Positions 43,512 through 53,650 of a stretch of DNA of 64,000 bases are shown here, one piece after another. The position numbers were made by a program, and so were the translations under genes. Below the pieces are notes generated by a model. It was given only the letters and a program-made list of their open reading frames with translations. It ran no database searches and was not told where the DNA came from. This DNA comes from Spirochaetales bacterium (GTDB lineage Bacteria; Spirochaetota; Spirochaetia; SZUA-6; JAFGRV01). Every line of letters starts with the position of its first letter. Position 1 is the stretch's first letter. Location: the NCBI GenBank assembly GCA_016937215.1, contig JAFGWI010000056.1, forward strand, positions 15,118-79,117. Reading direction: 5' to 3'.

Positions 43512-44981
43512 ATGAAAAAAAAGTTTTTGCTTTTCTGTTTGTTGTCTTTGTTTTTGGCTATGGGTGCAAGCGCACTGACCAAGGGTGATGTGAACGATGA
43601 CGGGGTGATCAATATTGTTGATGCCATGATTGTTGCTCAGGTTTATGCCACGACTCAACGATTGGTTGATCCTGCTGTCGGGGATGTGTCGGGTGACGGT
43701 GTCTCAAACATCGTGGATGCGCTACTGATAGCTCAATATTATGTGGGAGTGATTGATGTTTTTCCCATCGACAAGCTGACACTTGAGGTGGAGGTTTTGT
43801 CCTCAGCCCTTGAACGGGACATCGCGCCGCAGGTTTCAGCTGATGAGTATTCGGCTGTAGTTAATGGAATAAATCAGTTTGCCTACGATTTTTATGGCCG
43901 CATCAAGGGCGGTGATGACAACATCTTTTTCTCGCCAGTGAGTTTGTCATTTGCCTTTGCCATGGCTTCTGCCGGCGCAAAAGGTGAGACAAGGTCTGAA
44001 ATCCTTGAAACCATGCATTTACCTGGTGATATCAATTATCATGGAGCTTTTAACAAGCTTGAGAATCAAATCTCAACAGCAGCAGCCAATCCCAATGACT
44101 ATATGGGAGATGATCTGATTGTGCGTATTGCCAATTCCACCTGGGGGCAGAAAAATTACCATTTCATGGCTGATTTTCTTGATACCCTGGCTGTTAATTA
44201 CGGCGCAGCCATGAATCTTCTGGATTTTATGACAGCTCCGGAGCCTGCCCGCTTAACCATTAACAAATGGGTGTCTGATCAGACAGAGGAGATGATCAAG
44301 GATTTGATCCCTAATGGCGCGATAACACCTGATACCCGTCTGGTTTTGACCAATGCCATTTATTTTTTCGGTAACTGGAAGAATCAGTTTGATGTCAAAA
44401 ACACCAAGAATGAGAATTTCTATAATCTCGACGAATCCGTTTCTTCGGTTCCCATGATGAAAATGAATGAGAAGACTCAATATTATGACGGCCCGAATTA
44501 TGAGATGCTGATCAAGACCTATCAGGGAACCAAGAGAAATGCCATGTATATTTTTATGGCTGATAAGGGTGAACTGGAAATGCTTGAAGCTGCAATAAAT
44601 GAAGATTTTGTGGCCAGCGCTAAAATGAATGCCAGGAGTTATATAGTAGATCTATCTATGCCCAAGTTTGATTACAGCTGGAAAAAATCTGTTGTAAAGG
44701 ATTTAAAAGCATTGGGAATGATGTCTGCATTCTCACCCAGCGCGGCTGATTTTTCAGGTATAAATGGCATGAGAAATCTTTTTATCAGTGATGTTTTTCA
44801 TGAAGCCGCGATTTCTGTTGATGAAAAAGGAACCGAGGCCTCGGCGGCTACAGCCATAATCTGGGCTGAAACCTCAATACCCGATTACGCAACCATGAAT
44901 ATAAACCGGCCCTTTATTTATCTGATACGAAATGAAGATACCGGAGCTATCCTTTTTATGGGTAAGGTGATTAAGCTGTAA
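43512..44981 (+). CDS. secreted serpin (serine protease inhibitor) with N-terminal dockerin
   Basis: 489 aa. Signal peptide. GDVNDDGVINIVDAMIVAQVYA and GDVSGDGVSNIVDALLIAQYYVG. Serpin body NIFFSPVSLSFAFAMASAGAKGETRSEI with reactive-centre-loop hinge GTEASAATAII. Confidence 0.9.
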   Translation: MKKKFLLFCLLSLFLAMGASALTKGDVNDDGVINIVDAMIVAQVYATTQRLVDPAVGDVSGDGVSNIVDALLIAQYYVGVIDVFPIDKLTLEVEVLSSALERDIAPQVSADEYSAVVNGINQFAYDFYGRIKGGDDNIFFSPVSLSFAFAMASAGAKGETRSEILETMHLPGDINYHGAFNKLENQISTAAANPNDYMGDDLIVRIANSTWGQKNYHFMADFLDTLAVNYGAAMNLLDFMTAPEPARLTINKWVSDQTEEMIKDLIPNGAITPDTRLVLTNAIYFFGNWKNQFDVKNTKNENFYNLDESVSSVPMMKMNEKTQYYDGPNYEMLIKTYQGTKRNAMYIFMADKGELEMLEAAINEDFVASAKMNARSYIVDLSMPKFDYSWKKSVVKDLKALGMMSAFSPSAADFSGINGMRNLFISDVFHEAAISVDEKGTEASAATAIIWAETSIPDYATMNINRPFIYLIRNEDTGAILFMGKVIKL

Positions 44982-45004
44982 TAATTCTTTTACTATAATA
45001 TAGC

Positions 45005-45042
45005 GGCCGTCCGACATAATCCTGTTGTGACGGCCTTTTTTT
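45005..45042 (+). terminator. rho-independent terminator of the serpin gene
   Basis: GGCCGTC (45005-45011) pairs with GACGGCC (45029-45035), followed by T7. Confidence 0.75.
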
Positions 45043-45379
45043 ATATAACAACAATTGGGTGACATTTTTCCAATAAATAATTTTGTGCTGAATCAGAATT
45101 CCAAGAAAAATTAACGAAATTCCAATTTTTTTAAAAAAATTAAAAAAGATATTTTAATTAAAAAAATATTGTATTATAATCGACCTTGATGAAATCAGTG
45201 ATTTGATTACAAATTACCAATTAACCTACTGGTGTAGGTGTTTTTTGCGATCAAGAATAGGGGATTCTTTTTTTGATCAGCCTATTGCATGATTTTGTCT
45301 TTCGATTCACAATTTAGCAAAATTTTCAGTTTAATTTAACTGATATAGGCCTTACGGCAAAAAAATTTAGGAGGAAACT

Positions 45380-46669
45380 ATGCATAAAAAATCTTCTTTA
45401 ATTTTTGCTTTGTCCATACTTTTTTCAGTTTTACTTATTTTTTCTTGTGGACAGGGAGCAAAAACAAAGGGCGATGAAAAAGTCACCATCGAATTCTGGC
45501 ACCTTGATATCGATGATACCATGGCACCTGTATGGGAAGGGTTAGCTGCTGATTTCATGAAAGCAAATCCAAATGTGACAATCAATATCACAGTACTCGA
45601 GAATGAAGCATTCAAGAGCAAGTTAACTACAGTCATGCAGTCCGGAGATCCACCAGATATCTTCAGAAGCTGGGGCGGTGGAGTGATGAATGATTTTGCC
45701 AAATCCGGTTTATTACGCGATATTACCGATGAAGTAAAAAATAACTGGAGCAGCAAAATCGGTGCCGGTCCTATCGGCGTTTATAGCTACAAGGACAAGA
45801 TATATGGTCTTCCTTATGATATGGGCGGCGTTGGCATGTGGTATAACAAAGAACTTATTGCCAAGGTTGGTTATAATGAACCTCCAAAAACATGGTCAGA
45901 GTTTATTGACTGCGTTAAAAAACTGAAAGCAGCTGGTGTAACTCCCATTGCTTTGGGTGAAGGCGATAAATGGCCTGGCCACTTCTGGTGGGTATACCTT
46001 GCTGTTCGACTCGGCGGAAAAGAAGCCTTTGATGCAGCTGTTGAACGAACTGGCTCTTTCAAATCTGAAAGTTTTGTTAAAGCAGGTCAGCTCTTAAAAG
46101 AACTGATTGATCTGAAGCCCTTCCAGGAAGGTTTCTTGTCAGCCAACTATGGTGGCGATCAAGCCGGAGCCATGGGTAATGGTAAAGCTGCTTTTGAACT
46201 CATGGGCCAATGGGCTCCTGCTGTTGAAACTGCGGCTTCTGAAGATGGCAAAGGAATTGGTGATAAACTTGGTTTTATGCCTTTCCCTGCTGTTGAAGGC
46301 GGAGCTGGTAAAATTACAGATGTTATGGGTGGCGGAAATGGTCTTGTACTTGGCAAAAATGCCCCCGATGCAACTATCGACTTCCTGAAATTCCTGACTT
46401 CTGTTGAAAGCCAGAAAAAAATCATAACAAGCCCAATCGGCGGTATTCCAACTGCGCTTGGTGCTGAAGAAGCCATGACAGATCCTAATTTGATCGCTGT
46501 GAATAAAGCTGTTAGCCAAGCCGGATATTTCCAGCTTTACTATGATCAGTATTTGCCACCAGCTGTGGCGGCTGTTGTACTTGATTCTACTCAGGCATTG
46601 TTTGCCGGTACTATGACTCCAGAAGCCGTAGCTGCTGCTGTTGACAAAGCTTACGAAGACGAAATGTAA
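45380..46669 (+). CDS. ABC transporter sugar-binding lipoprotein (family 1 solute-binding protein)
   Basis: 429 aa. Lipobox LLIFSCGQG. VTIEFWH...WGGG...GLPYDMGGVGMWYNK is typical of CUT1 solute-binding proteins. AGGAGG RBS. Confidence 0.85.
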   Translation: MHKKSSLIFALSILFSVLLIFSCGQGAKTKGDEKVTIEFWHLDIDDTMAPVWEGLAADFMKANPNVTINITVLENEAFKSKLTTVMQSGDPPDIFRSWGGGVMNDFAKSGLLRDITDEVKNNWSSKIGAGPIGVYSYKDKIYGLPYDMGGVGMWYNKELIAKVGYNEPPKTWSEFIDCVKKLKAAGVTPIALGEGDKWPGHFWWVYLAVRLGGKEAFDAAVERTGSFKSESFVKAGQLLKELIDLKPFQEGFLSANYGGDQAGAMGNGKAAFELMGQWAPAVETAASEDGKGIGDKLGFMPFPAVEGGAGKITDVMGGGNGLVLGKNAPDATIDFLKFLTSVESQKKIITSPIGGIPTALGAEEAMTDPNLIAVNKAVSQAGYFQLYYDQYLPPAVAAVVLDSTQALFAGTMTPEAVAAAVDKAYEDEM

Positions 46670-46682
46670 TTTATTAAATACT

Positions 46683-46722
46683 AAGAATAGGTTCCTGGTT
46701 TTCAGGAACCTATTCTTCTTTT
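46683..46722 (+). terminator. strong intercistronic hairpin between the binding-protein and permease genes (attenuator/partial terminator)
   Basis: 15-bp perfect stem AAGAATAGGTTCCTG / CAGGAACCTATTCTT with a 5-nt loop, followed by CTTTT. Confidence 0.6.
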
Positions 46723-46783
46723 ATATAGTTAGAGAAAAGTGTATGAATTGAAGTATATAGCTGAAATTTTATGAAAAATCGGA

Positions 46784-47731
46784 GTGATATTTGTTTTGAA
46801 CTTAGAAAATCGTTTAAAATCTGTTTACAATAAGAAAATAATAAATACAAGTTTTTTTAAGGGAAACCAACTACCTGTATTTTGGCTGTTAATCGCCCCT
46901 TCAGTTATTTTAATAACTGCCTTTATTCTTTATCCTGTTTTTAATACCCTTTTTTATTCGGTATATAAATGGAATGGATTTGGGCCATTAGTGGATTTCC
47001 AGGGGTTTAGAAATTTTGAAAGAATTTTTTCTGATCAAAGATTCTGGAATGCCTTAAAAAACAGTGGAATTATAGTTATTTTTTCTATTGTTTTTCAATT
47101 ACCCATTGCCTTTATGCTCGCCCTTATAATCAGCCGGAATAATAGCAAGGGAATTATCGTGTTTAGGACAATATTCTTTTTGCCCTTTATATTTTCCGAG
47201 ATTATAACCGGTACAATCTGGACATTTATTTATCATCCAACCAACGGTGTTTTAAACTATTTTTTTGAGGTTTTTTTTCCGAATGCAAATTACACAGGTT
47301 TATTATCCAGTCCTGATACGGTTTTTGGCGCGATATTATTTGTCGTTTTCTGGAAGTATTTTGGGTTTCACCTTATTATTTATGTTGCCGGGATGCAGGG
47401 AATTCCAAAGGAATATTATGAAGCTGCCCGCATCGACGGAGCAAAAGCCCATCATATTTTACGACATATAACCTTGCCGCTGATGAAACCTGCACTACAG
47501 ATGTCACTTTTCTTCAGTATTATTGGTTCTATACAAATATTTGATATGGTGTGGGCCATGGGTCAGGGAGATCCGGTTCATGCGGGAGAGACAGCCGTTG
47601 TTTATTTATTTAAATTTGCTATTAAACAACAAAAATTAGGTTTGGGAAGCGCGATAGCGATTATTATCTTCCTGATTTGTTTGGTATTTAATATTTTCTA
47701 CCAAAAAGTGATAAATGAAGAAAAGGCATAG
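46784..47731 (+). CDS. ABC sugar transporter permease (MalF/UgpA-like)
   Basis: 315 aa with multiple TM segments. EAA loop EYYEAARIDGAKAHHILRHITLPL. GTG start as in the track; the exact start is uncertain. Confidence 0.85.
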   Translation: MIFVLNLENRLKSVYNKKIINTSFFKGNQLPVFWLLIAPSVILITAFILYPVFNTLFYSVYKWNGFGPLVDFQGFRNFERIFSDQRFWNALKNSGIIVIFSIVFQLPIAFMLALIISRNNSKGIIVFRTIFFLPFIFSEIITGTIWTFIYHPTNGVLNYFFEVFFPNANYTGLLSSPDTVFGAILFVVFWKYFGFHLIIYVAGMQGIPKEYYEAARIDGAKAHHILRHITLPLMKPALQMSLFFSIIGSIQIFDMVWAMGQGDPVHAGETAVVYLFKFAIKQQKLGLGSAIAIIIFLICLVFNIFYQKVINEEKA

Positions 47732-47742
47732 GCGGTTTGAAT

Positions 47743-48585
47743 ATGATACAGAATTATAAGACAAAACAACGTTTAATTAACCTTGTTCAATATGCAATCT
47801 GTGTAATTTTTGGTTCCATTATTGTAGTTCCAGTAGTACTGACTGCTTTGGGCGGTTTTAAAACCCTTGGGCAGTTAAATGTTGATCCGGTTGGCTGGCC
47901 GAATCCTTTTTTGTGGGAAAATTATATCAAGATTTTTACAGAAAGCCGGTTTTTTATTTATTTCTACAATTCAATGTTTATAATGGTTTTCACGGTTATT
48001 CTAGATGTCTTGGTCGCCGGGTTTGCCGGGTTTGCTTTGAGCCGTTTTAAACTTAAAGGAAAAGAGATTATTTATAATTACATCTTGTTGGGTCTTCTTT
48101 TTCCCCTTACTTTGGCTATTTTACCAATTTATATACAGCTGCGAGATTTAAGCCTGCTAGATAAATACTGGGGAATCATTCTTCCTCAAACAGCCTTTCT
48201 TTTGCCCTTTCATGTAATGATTTTCCGAGGCTTTATTAGACAGATTCCTGGCGAATTGGAAGATGCCTGTTTAATTGACGGCCATGGTAAATTGGGCTTT
48301 TTATTTAAAATTGTTTTTCCCCTTTCACGGCCAGCCATTGCGACAGTATCTGTTCTTGCTATGGTTAACAGCTGGAATAATTACTTTTTACCGTTAATTG
48401 TATTGAATAGCAGGGATAAATTCACACTGCCCATGGGAAGTATGGATTTTATCGGACAATATTTGGCGGACTGGAACAAGATTTTGGCCTTTTTTACCAT
48501 TACCATGATCCCGGCAATTCTGTTTTATATTTACTCACAAAAACATATTATTTCCGGGCTTACAGCTGGTGCGGTAAAGGGATAA
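47743..48585 (+). CDS. ABC sugar transporter permease (MalG/UgpE-like)
   Basis: ATG 47743 (the track start 47737 is TTG). EAA-type loop ELEDACLIDGHGKLGFLFKIVFPLSRP. Confidence 0.85.
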   Translation: MIQNYKTKQRLINLVQYAICVIFGSIIVVPVVLTALGGFKTLGQLNVDPVGWPNPFLWENYIKIFTESRFFIYFYNSMFIMVFTVILDVLVAGFAGFALSRFKLKGKEIIYNYILLGLLFPLTLAILPIYIQLRDLSLLDKYWGIILPQTAFLLPFHVMIFRGFIRQIPGELEDACLIDGHGKLGFLFKIVFPLSRPAIATVSVLAMVNSWNNYFLPLIVLNSRDKFTLPMGSMDFIGQYLADWNKILAFFTITMIPAILFYIYSQKHIISGLTAGAVKG

Positions 48586-48649
48586 AAAACTTTATTATTC
48601 TTCATCGCTGATAGAGGCTTTTAGACAAATTTTTTATTAAAGAACATCA

Positions 48650-48682
48650 CAGCTGGTTCATTTTGAATCAGCTGTTTTTTTT
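48650..48682 (+). terminator. rho-independent terminator of the ABC operon
   Basis: CAGCTG...CAGCTG stem followed by T8 (48675-48682). Confidence 0.6.
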
Positions 48683-48709
48683 GTAGAAAAGTGCATTTTA
48701 AAATATAGA

Positions 48710-48839
48710 ACCCACTTTCCGCACTAAAATAGTCATTTCTTATATTATAGCGAAATAGAAAAGGCGATTTTGCAAATCGCAAATTCTTAACTCTTAATAA
48801 TATAAGAAATTACCTAAATTCACCGAAGAATGTGAAGTG
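48710..48839 (-). mobile_element. second full copy of the MITE (inverted relative to 17735-17861)
   Basis: The reverse complement aligns end to end with 17735-17861, including the internal GCGATTTTGCAAATCGC hairpin. The right terminal repeat is more degenerate. Confidence 0.75.
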
Positions 48840-48907
48840 AATTGCAGAAGCTGAGATTTTAAAAACCTGCCCTGTTTTAGAGTAGAGCTTAGTGTACAAT
48901 AGGCGTC

Positions 48908-50752
48908 TTAACGGTTACTTTCAACACCTTTGTATTTATCATTGATTTTGCGTTTATTGGCTGTAAGCTCGGTCTTTCGTAAGCGGATGGATTTTGGAGT
49001 AATCTCAACCATTTCATCTTCACCAATAAACTGAATGGCTTTTTCAAGAGTCAGAGGCAGAATCGGTGATAACACAACAGCATCATCTTTACCCGATGCC
49101 CTCATGTTGGTTAGCTTCTTGGTTTTACATGGATTTACGTTTAAATCGTTTTCACGATTATGTTCACCCACAATCATTCCTTCATAAACAGGATCACCGG
49201 GAATAACAAATAAGCAACCCCGCGGTTCAAGATTGAAAAGCGCGTATGGAACAGCTGTTCCTTGACGATCCGATACCAGGGAGCCTGTAAAACGCATGGC
49301 GAAATCACCCTTGTAGGGTTCGTAACCCGCCAAATAGGAATTTAGTATGCCAGTCCCTTTGGTATCGGTCAAAAATTCATCCCGATAACCAATTAGAGCG
49401 CGTGAAGGCAGATTAAATTCCATGCGTATTCGTCCATTTTCATGATTGGACATGTTGAGCATTCGTCCCTTGCGGCGTGATAGTTTTTCAGTAACAATAC
49501 CCATAAAATCTGAAGCGCAATCAACAAAGAGATGCTCTATTGGTTCGAGAACCTGGCCGTCCTTTTTTTGAAAGATAACCTGAGGGCGGCCTACGCAGAA
49601 TTCAAAACCTTCCCGTCGCATGGTTTCAATAAGAATGACAAGTTGAAATTCACCACGGCCCTTTACAATAAAGCCGCTCTTGTCTGAAGATTCTTCTACT
49701 TTCATGGAAACATTCAACATGGTTTCCTTAAGAAGGCGATCGTATAGCTTGGATGATTGGACATATTTACCCTCCTGACCTGCAAAAGGCGAGGAATTGT
49801 TTGTAAATTTCATGGACACTGTGGGTTCATCAACAGTGATTCTCTTTAAAGCCTTGGGTTGTTCCTTGGAACAAATTGTGTCGCCGATGTGTACATCTTC
49901 GATGCCGGCAAGAATAATGATATCGCCGGTCTCTGCCTGTGTCACATCCTTTGTGGTTATTCCGTTATACACCTGTAGTTTTGAAATCTTTAAATTGCGG
50001 CATTTGTTGTCAGAAGCAAGACAGACCATGGGTTCATTAGCCTTGGCTTTTCCGTTATATACACGGCCTATGGCAAGTCGTCCCAGGAAATCAGAATATC
50101 CCAGGTCTGAAACCAGCATTTGAAAGGGGCCATTGCAATCGCCTTTGGGCGGCGGCACGAATTTGACAATATCATCCATTAGCCCGAAGAGGTTTTCTCC
50201 AGGTATTTTCAGATCGCGGCTGGCAATACCATCCCGGCCGATTGAATAAAAAAGCGGAAAATCCAGCTGGTCCTCGTGGGCATCGAGGTCAATGAGAAGA
50301 TCGTGTATTTCATCAAGAACTTCCAAGGGCCGGGCGTCCTGGCGGTCAATCTTATTGATAACAACCATCAAAGCCAAACCAGCTTGCAAAGCCTTGGACA
50401 AGACAAACCGGGTTTGTGGCAGGGGACCTTCACTGGCGTCTACCAGAAGAATGGCACCATCAGCCATGGAAAGGGCACGTTCTACCTCGCCTCCGAAATC
50501 GGCGTGACCGGGAGTGTCAATAATATTGATCTTCACACCTTTCCAGTCAACCGCGCAGTTTTTTGCGGCAATAGTAATTCCCCGTTCCCGCTCAAGATCC
50601 ATGCTATCCATGACACGTTCTTCGATATGCTGGTTGTCCCTGAATACTCCACTTTGCCTGAACATAGCATCAACTAAAGTCGTTTTGCCATGGTCAACGT
50701 GGGCGATGATGGCAATATTTCTGATATTTAAATTTTGATTGTTTGTTTCCAT
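48908..50752 (-). CDS. typA: translational GTPase TypA/BipA
   Basis: NIAIIAHVDHGKTTL, DTPGHADFGGEV and NKID G-motifs, with EF-G-like domains. GAGGA lies 6 nt before ATG 50752 (the track start 50788 is less likely). Confidence 0.9.
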   Translation of the reverse strand: METNNQNLNIRNIAIIAHVDHGKTTLVDAMFRQSGVFRDNQHIEERVMDSMDLERERGITIAAKNCAVDWKGVKINIIDTPGHADFGGEVERALSMADGAILLVDASEGPLPQTRFVLSKALQAGLALMVVINKIDRQDARPLEVLDEIHDLLIDLDAHEDQLDFPLFYSIGRDGIASRDLKIPGENLFGLMDDIVKFVPPPKGDCNGPFQMLVSDLGYSDFLGRLAIGRVYNGKAKANEPMVCLASDNKCRNLKISKLQVYNGITTKDVTQAETGDIIILAGIEDVHIGDTICSKEQPKALKRITVDEPTVSMKFTNNSSPFAGQEGKYVQSSKLYDRLLKETMLNVSMKVEESSDKSGFIVKGRGEFQLVILIETMRREGFEFCVGRPQVIFQKKDGQVLEPIEHLFVDCASDFMGIVTEKLSRRKGRMLNMSNHENGRIRMEFNLPSRALIGYRDEFLTDTKGTGILNSYLAGYEPYKGDFAMRFTGSLVSDRQGTAVPYALFNLEPRGCLFVIPGDPVYEGMIVGEHNRENDLNVNPCKTKKLTNMRASGKDDAVVLSPILPLTLEKAIQFIGEDEMVEITPKSIRLRKTELTANKRKINDKYKGVESNR

Positions 50753-51060
50753 TGAAATCCTCATAATAAGTAACTGATCAGCGATCATATCCTATTCTAA
50801 ACTCTTGGTCTACTGATGCGCGAGTGAAATCGGAATAATTCTATTTGATTACACAAGAGGGCTGGCCCGAAGTAATTTAGATTCGCCCTGCTTGATCCAG
50901 GGAATTCCCTTTGGTTTTTACCCACCTCTTCACTGCATACTGAATTTTGTATCGGACTGATAGATATTTCGGAAGATTTTATTTTTATTAAGGCCATTAA
51001 GTTGAAATATCCGGGAAATGGAAAGCTCTGTTTATGCGATTTTTTTTAGGGAAGACAATA

Positions 51061-51100
51061 CTATCAAATTTGATGGACAGAAGCTATCAAATTTGATAGC
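51061..51100. promoter_or_regulatory. pair of palindromic sites (putative enhancer-binding-protein UAS)
   Basis: CTATCAAATTTGATGG (51061-51076) and the perfect 18-bp palindrome GCTATCAAATTTGATAGC (51083-51100), 150-190 nt upstream of the sigma54 promoter. Confidence 0.5.
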
Positions 51101-51249
51101 TTTAAGACTAAATAAGGAAGTCTTTTTAATTTTGTAAAAAGGTTTTTCTATAACATAAAATATTTTTAGTGATTTAATTTCTTATTATATAAATGATTAT
51201 CTTTTTTGTTCCCGAATGTGCACTTGGACCAATATATTTTATATCAAAA

Positions 51250-51265
51250 TGGCATGAGATTTGCA
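51250..51265 (+). promoter_or_regulatory. sigma54 (-24/-12) promoter TGGCAT-N5-TTGCA
   Basis: TGGCATGAGATTTGCA matches TGGCAC-N5-TTGCW at 10 of 11 defined positions with exact spacing. It lies 35 nt upstream of ATG 51300, and AGGAGG is at 51289-51294. Confidence 0.65.
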
Positions 51266-51299
51266 ATATATAAGAAGCTATTCTATTTAGGAGGTTAGT

Positions 51300-51962
51300 A
51301 TGAAAAAAATCGTTTTTATGATAGTTATGCTATTTTTATTCTGTCAGGGGATATTTGCTGGTGAAGAACCCCAAATTGCCTATCGAATGCTCGATGCTTA
51401 TGTTCAAAATAAAAATCTGGAGGCCAAAGATAAAACCGCCTGGTGGGTGGTAACAGGTGTGGGAAGCGCTTTGGCGCTTGGAGGCATAACCACCTATGTG
51501 GTAAAGGATCAATTTACCCAGGATCCTGAGAAGATAAAAATTGCCAACATTGTTTCCTATTCTCTAATGGGTACTGGCGTGAGTCTCTCTGTTGTTGGTT
51601 TAATTGGATTATTCTCGGAACCGCCCGATTACTCAAAAAAATATCAGGATGTTTATTCTGAAAATGATCCAAAGGTCAGGGAAGCCCTTGCCGCGGCTAA
51701 TTTGCGAGATCTGGCTATTCAGGGAAAAAATAAACGAGTCAGTTCTGCTTTTAGTTATTTTTTGGTTCCTATTATAAGCGGAGTCATTACCATAACCTTT
51801 AATCTTGTGGACCACCGTGAGTGGAGTACGGGGTTAACTGGTACCCTTTCCGGCACCAGTTATAATATTATTTTTGGAATAATTGAATTGATGACACCTT
51901 CAAAAGAAGAAATGCTCTATGACAAATACAAAGCCGCCCATAGCGCCTATTATGGGTCATAA
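51300..51962 (+). CDS. hypothetical membrane protein
   Basis: 220 aa. Signal peptide plus about 4 hydrophobic segments. First gene behind the sigma54 promoter. Confidence 0.6.
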   Translation: MKKIVFMIVMLFLFCQGIFAGEEPQIAYRMLDAYVQNKNLEAKDKTAWWVVTGVGSALALGGITTYVVKDQFTQDPEKIKIANIVSYSLMGTGVSLSVVGLIGLFSEPPDYSKKYQDVYSENDPKVREALAAANLRDLAIQGKNKRVSSAFSYFLVPIISGVITITFNLVDHREWSTGLTGTLSGTSYNIIFGIIELMTPSKEEMLYDKYKAAHSAYYGS

Positions 51963-51980
51963 GAGCGGTTACTCTGTCAA

Positions 51981-52493
51981 ATGAAAGAAATCCTGTTTAG
52001 TCTGGGTGTTTTTTTCGGCTTGATCGCTGGTTTTGATGACCCATCAATAAATGCCTTGATTATCCGAGATAACACCCATCTCATTTTATCAGCCTCCATC
52101 GAAAATAGCGACCATGAAAAAATCCGGGAAATGGTCGATAGTGGTAATTTATTAAAGCTGACTCTTGAGATAATTTTAAAAAAGCACGGGACAATTCGTT
52201 ATGTTCATGAAATTGCTTATGACCCGATTTTGAAGGAATATAAGATTAAGCAATCCGAGACCGCCTCAAGCTATTTGACGAAAAACCCTGGCGCTGCTTT
52301 TCTGTTATGGACCCAATTTGACCGTTTGGGGCTGTGGCCCGAGGCCGAAGTTTTAATGGGGCCGCTGATTTTTGTTATTATAGCTGAACTGGATTTGTCT
52401 GAGCCAAGCGATGCTGACCCGCGGGTGCTCTGGAATTATGTTTCACCTCAAAAAATTATCCGTTATAATTCCTTGAAAGAGGTGTCCTATTGA
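51981..52493 (+). CDS. hypothetical exported protein (possibly DUF4390-like)
   Basis: 170 aa with an N-terminal hydrophobic segment. Placement just upstream of a kinase/NtrC pair is typical of DUF4390. The assignment is from memory only. Confidence 0.5.
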   Translation: MKEILFSLGVFFGLIAGFDDPSINALIIRDNTHLILSASIENSDHEKIREMVDSGNLLKLTLEIILKKHGTIRYVHEIAYDPILKEYKIKQSETASSYLTKNPGAAFLLWTQFDRLGLWPEAEVLMGPLIFVIIAELDLSEPSDADPRVLWNYVSPQKIIRYNSLKEVSY

Positions 52494-53650
52494 GGCTATA
52501 TCTGAAATTTCTGATTCTATTTATAGGTGTTTTTCTGATTTCTATGTTTCTTTTCTTTATCTATTCTGTGCCCCAGGCACAATCACAGATCCGAAAGATG
52601 GAAAATCCCCTTTTGGAAACGGCTTTAGAGGAATCTCTTACAATTTTATCTCAAAGGGATAAGTCGAGTGATGAAAAAATTGAGCTGCTAAGCTCTGAAG
52701 TACTGGTTATCAACCGTGAATACAATAAACGAATCCTTCTTCAAGAGGATTTTCTTGTCATAGCTAGTCAGAATCTTTTGTATTATCTCTTGCTGCAGTT
52801 TATTTTGTTGTTTATCACGCTGTTTTTTCTGGTTCGGACAATGCTTGGGCATTTAAAACAAATGATGAAAGAGATCAGCACCCTTGAAAAAAATCAGGCC
52901 AATTTTCGTTTTTCTGTGCCAAAGGGCTATGAGTTTCGCAAATTGGCATTGAATCTTAATCAATTATTGCAAACCATTGAAGAGCGTGAAGCATTCATAA
53001 AGGAACAGGCAAAATTTGTTGGCTGGAAGGAGGTTAGTTCTTTTTTAACTCATCAATTCAAAAATCCCCTCAGTTCCATAATGGTGGCTAACAAAAACAT
53101 CATGCTTCAGGCTGAAAGCAGCACTGAAGTCATTTCTGAAAGCACCGAGATTATTCTGAATGAAGTCCAACGTTTAAGTGATTTGGTTAATCGCTTGAAA
53201 GGTTTGTGCGATTTCCCTGATTTGATCTTGACCAGGGTGAATATTTTTACCTGGCTCAAGGAAATCATCAGTGATTACAAAAGAATGGCCATTCAAATTC
53301 AGGGAGAAGAAGCCCTGGAGCTATATATTGATAAACAGCTGTTTCATGAGGTCTTTGGAAATCTCATCAATAATTCGCTTGATGCTGGCGCGAAAAATAT
53401 GCAAATTTCTTTGGAGTCTGATGAAAATTGTAATAAAATGATTATTTCAGATGACGTGAAAGGATTAAATCCAGAGGTTCTGGATAAAATCTTTTTACCG
53501 AAATTCTCAACAAAAAAACAGGGTTCTGGTCTGGGCCTTATTTTTGTGAAGCGAGTGGTTCATCTGCATAAGGCTAAGCTTGTAACCAGACTTTCCCCTC
53601 ACGGGGGGCTTGTTTTTTCATTTATATGGAAAAAGGAGGAAAGTCTGTGA
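52490..53650 (+). CDS. membrane sensor histidine kinase
   Basis: 386 aa with two TM segments. H-box FLTHQFKNPLSSI. ATPase motifs NLINNSLDAG and GSGLGLIFVKRVV. The TTG start overlaps the upstream stop. Confidence 0.85.
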   Translation: MRLYLKFLILFIGVFLISMFLFFIYSVPQAQSQIRKMENPLLETALEESLTILSQRDKSSDEKIELLSSEVLVINREYNKRILLQEDFLVIASQNLLYYLLLQFILLFITLFFLVRTMLGHLKQMMKEISTLEKNQANFRFSVPKGYEFRKLALNLNQLLQTIEEREAFIKEQAKFVGWKEVSSFLTHQFKNPLSSIMVANKNIMLQAESSTEVISESTEIILNEVQRLSDLVNRLKGLCDFPDLILTRVNIFTWLKEIISDYKRMAIQIQGEEALELYIDKQLFHEVFGNLINNSLDAGAKNMQISLESDENCNKMIISDDVKGLNPEVLDKIFLPKFSTKKQGSGLGLIFVKRVVHLHKAKLVTRLSPHGGLVFSFIWKKEESL

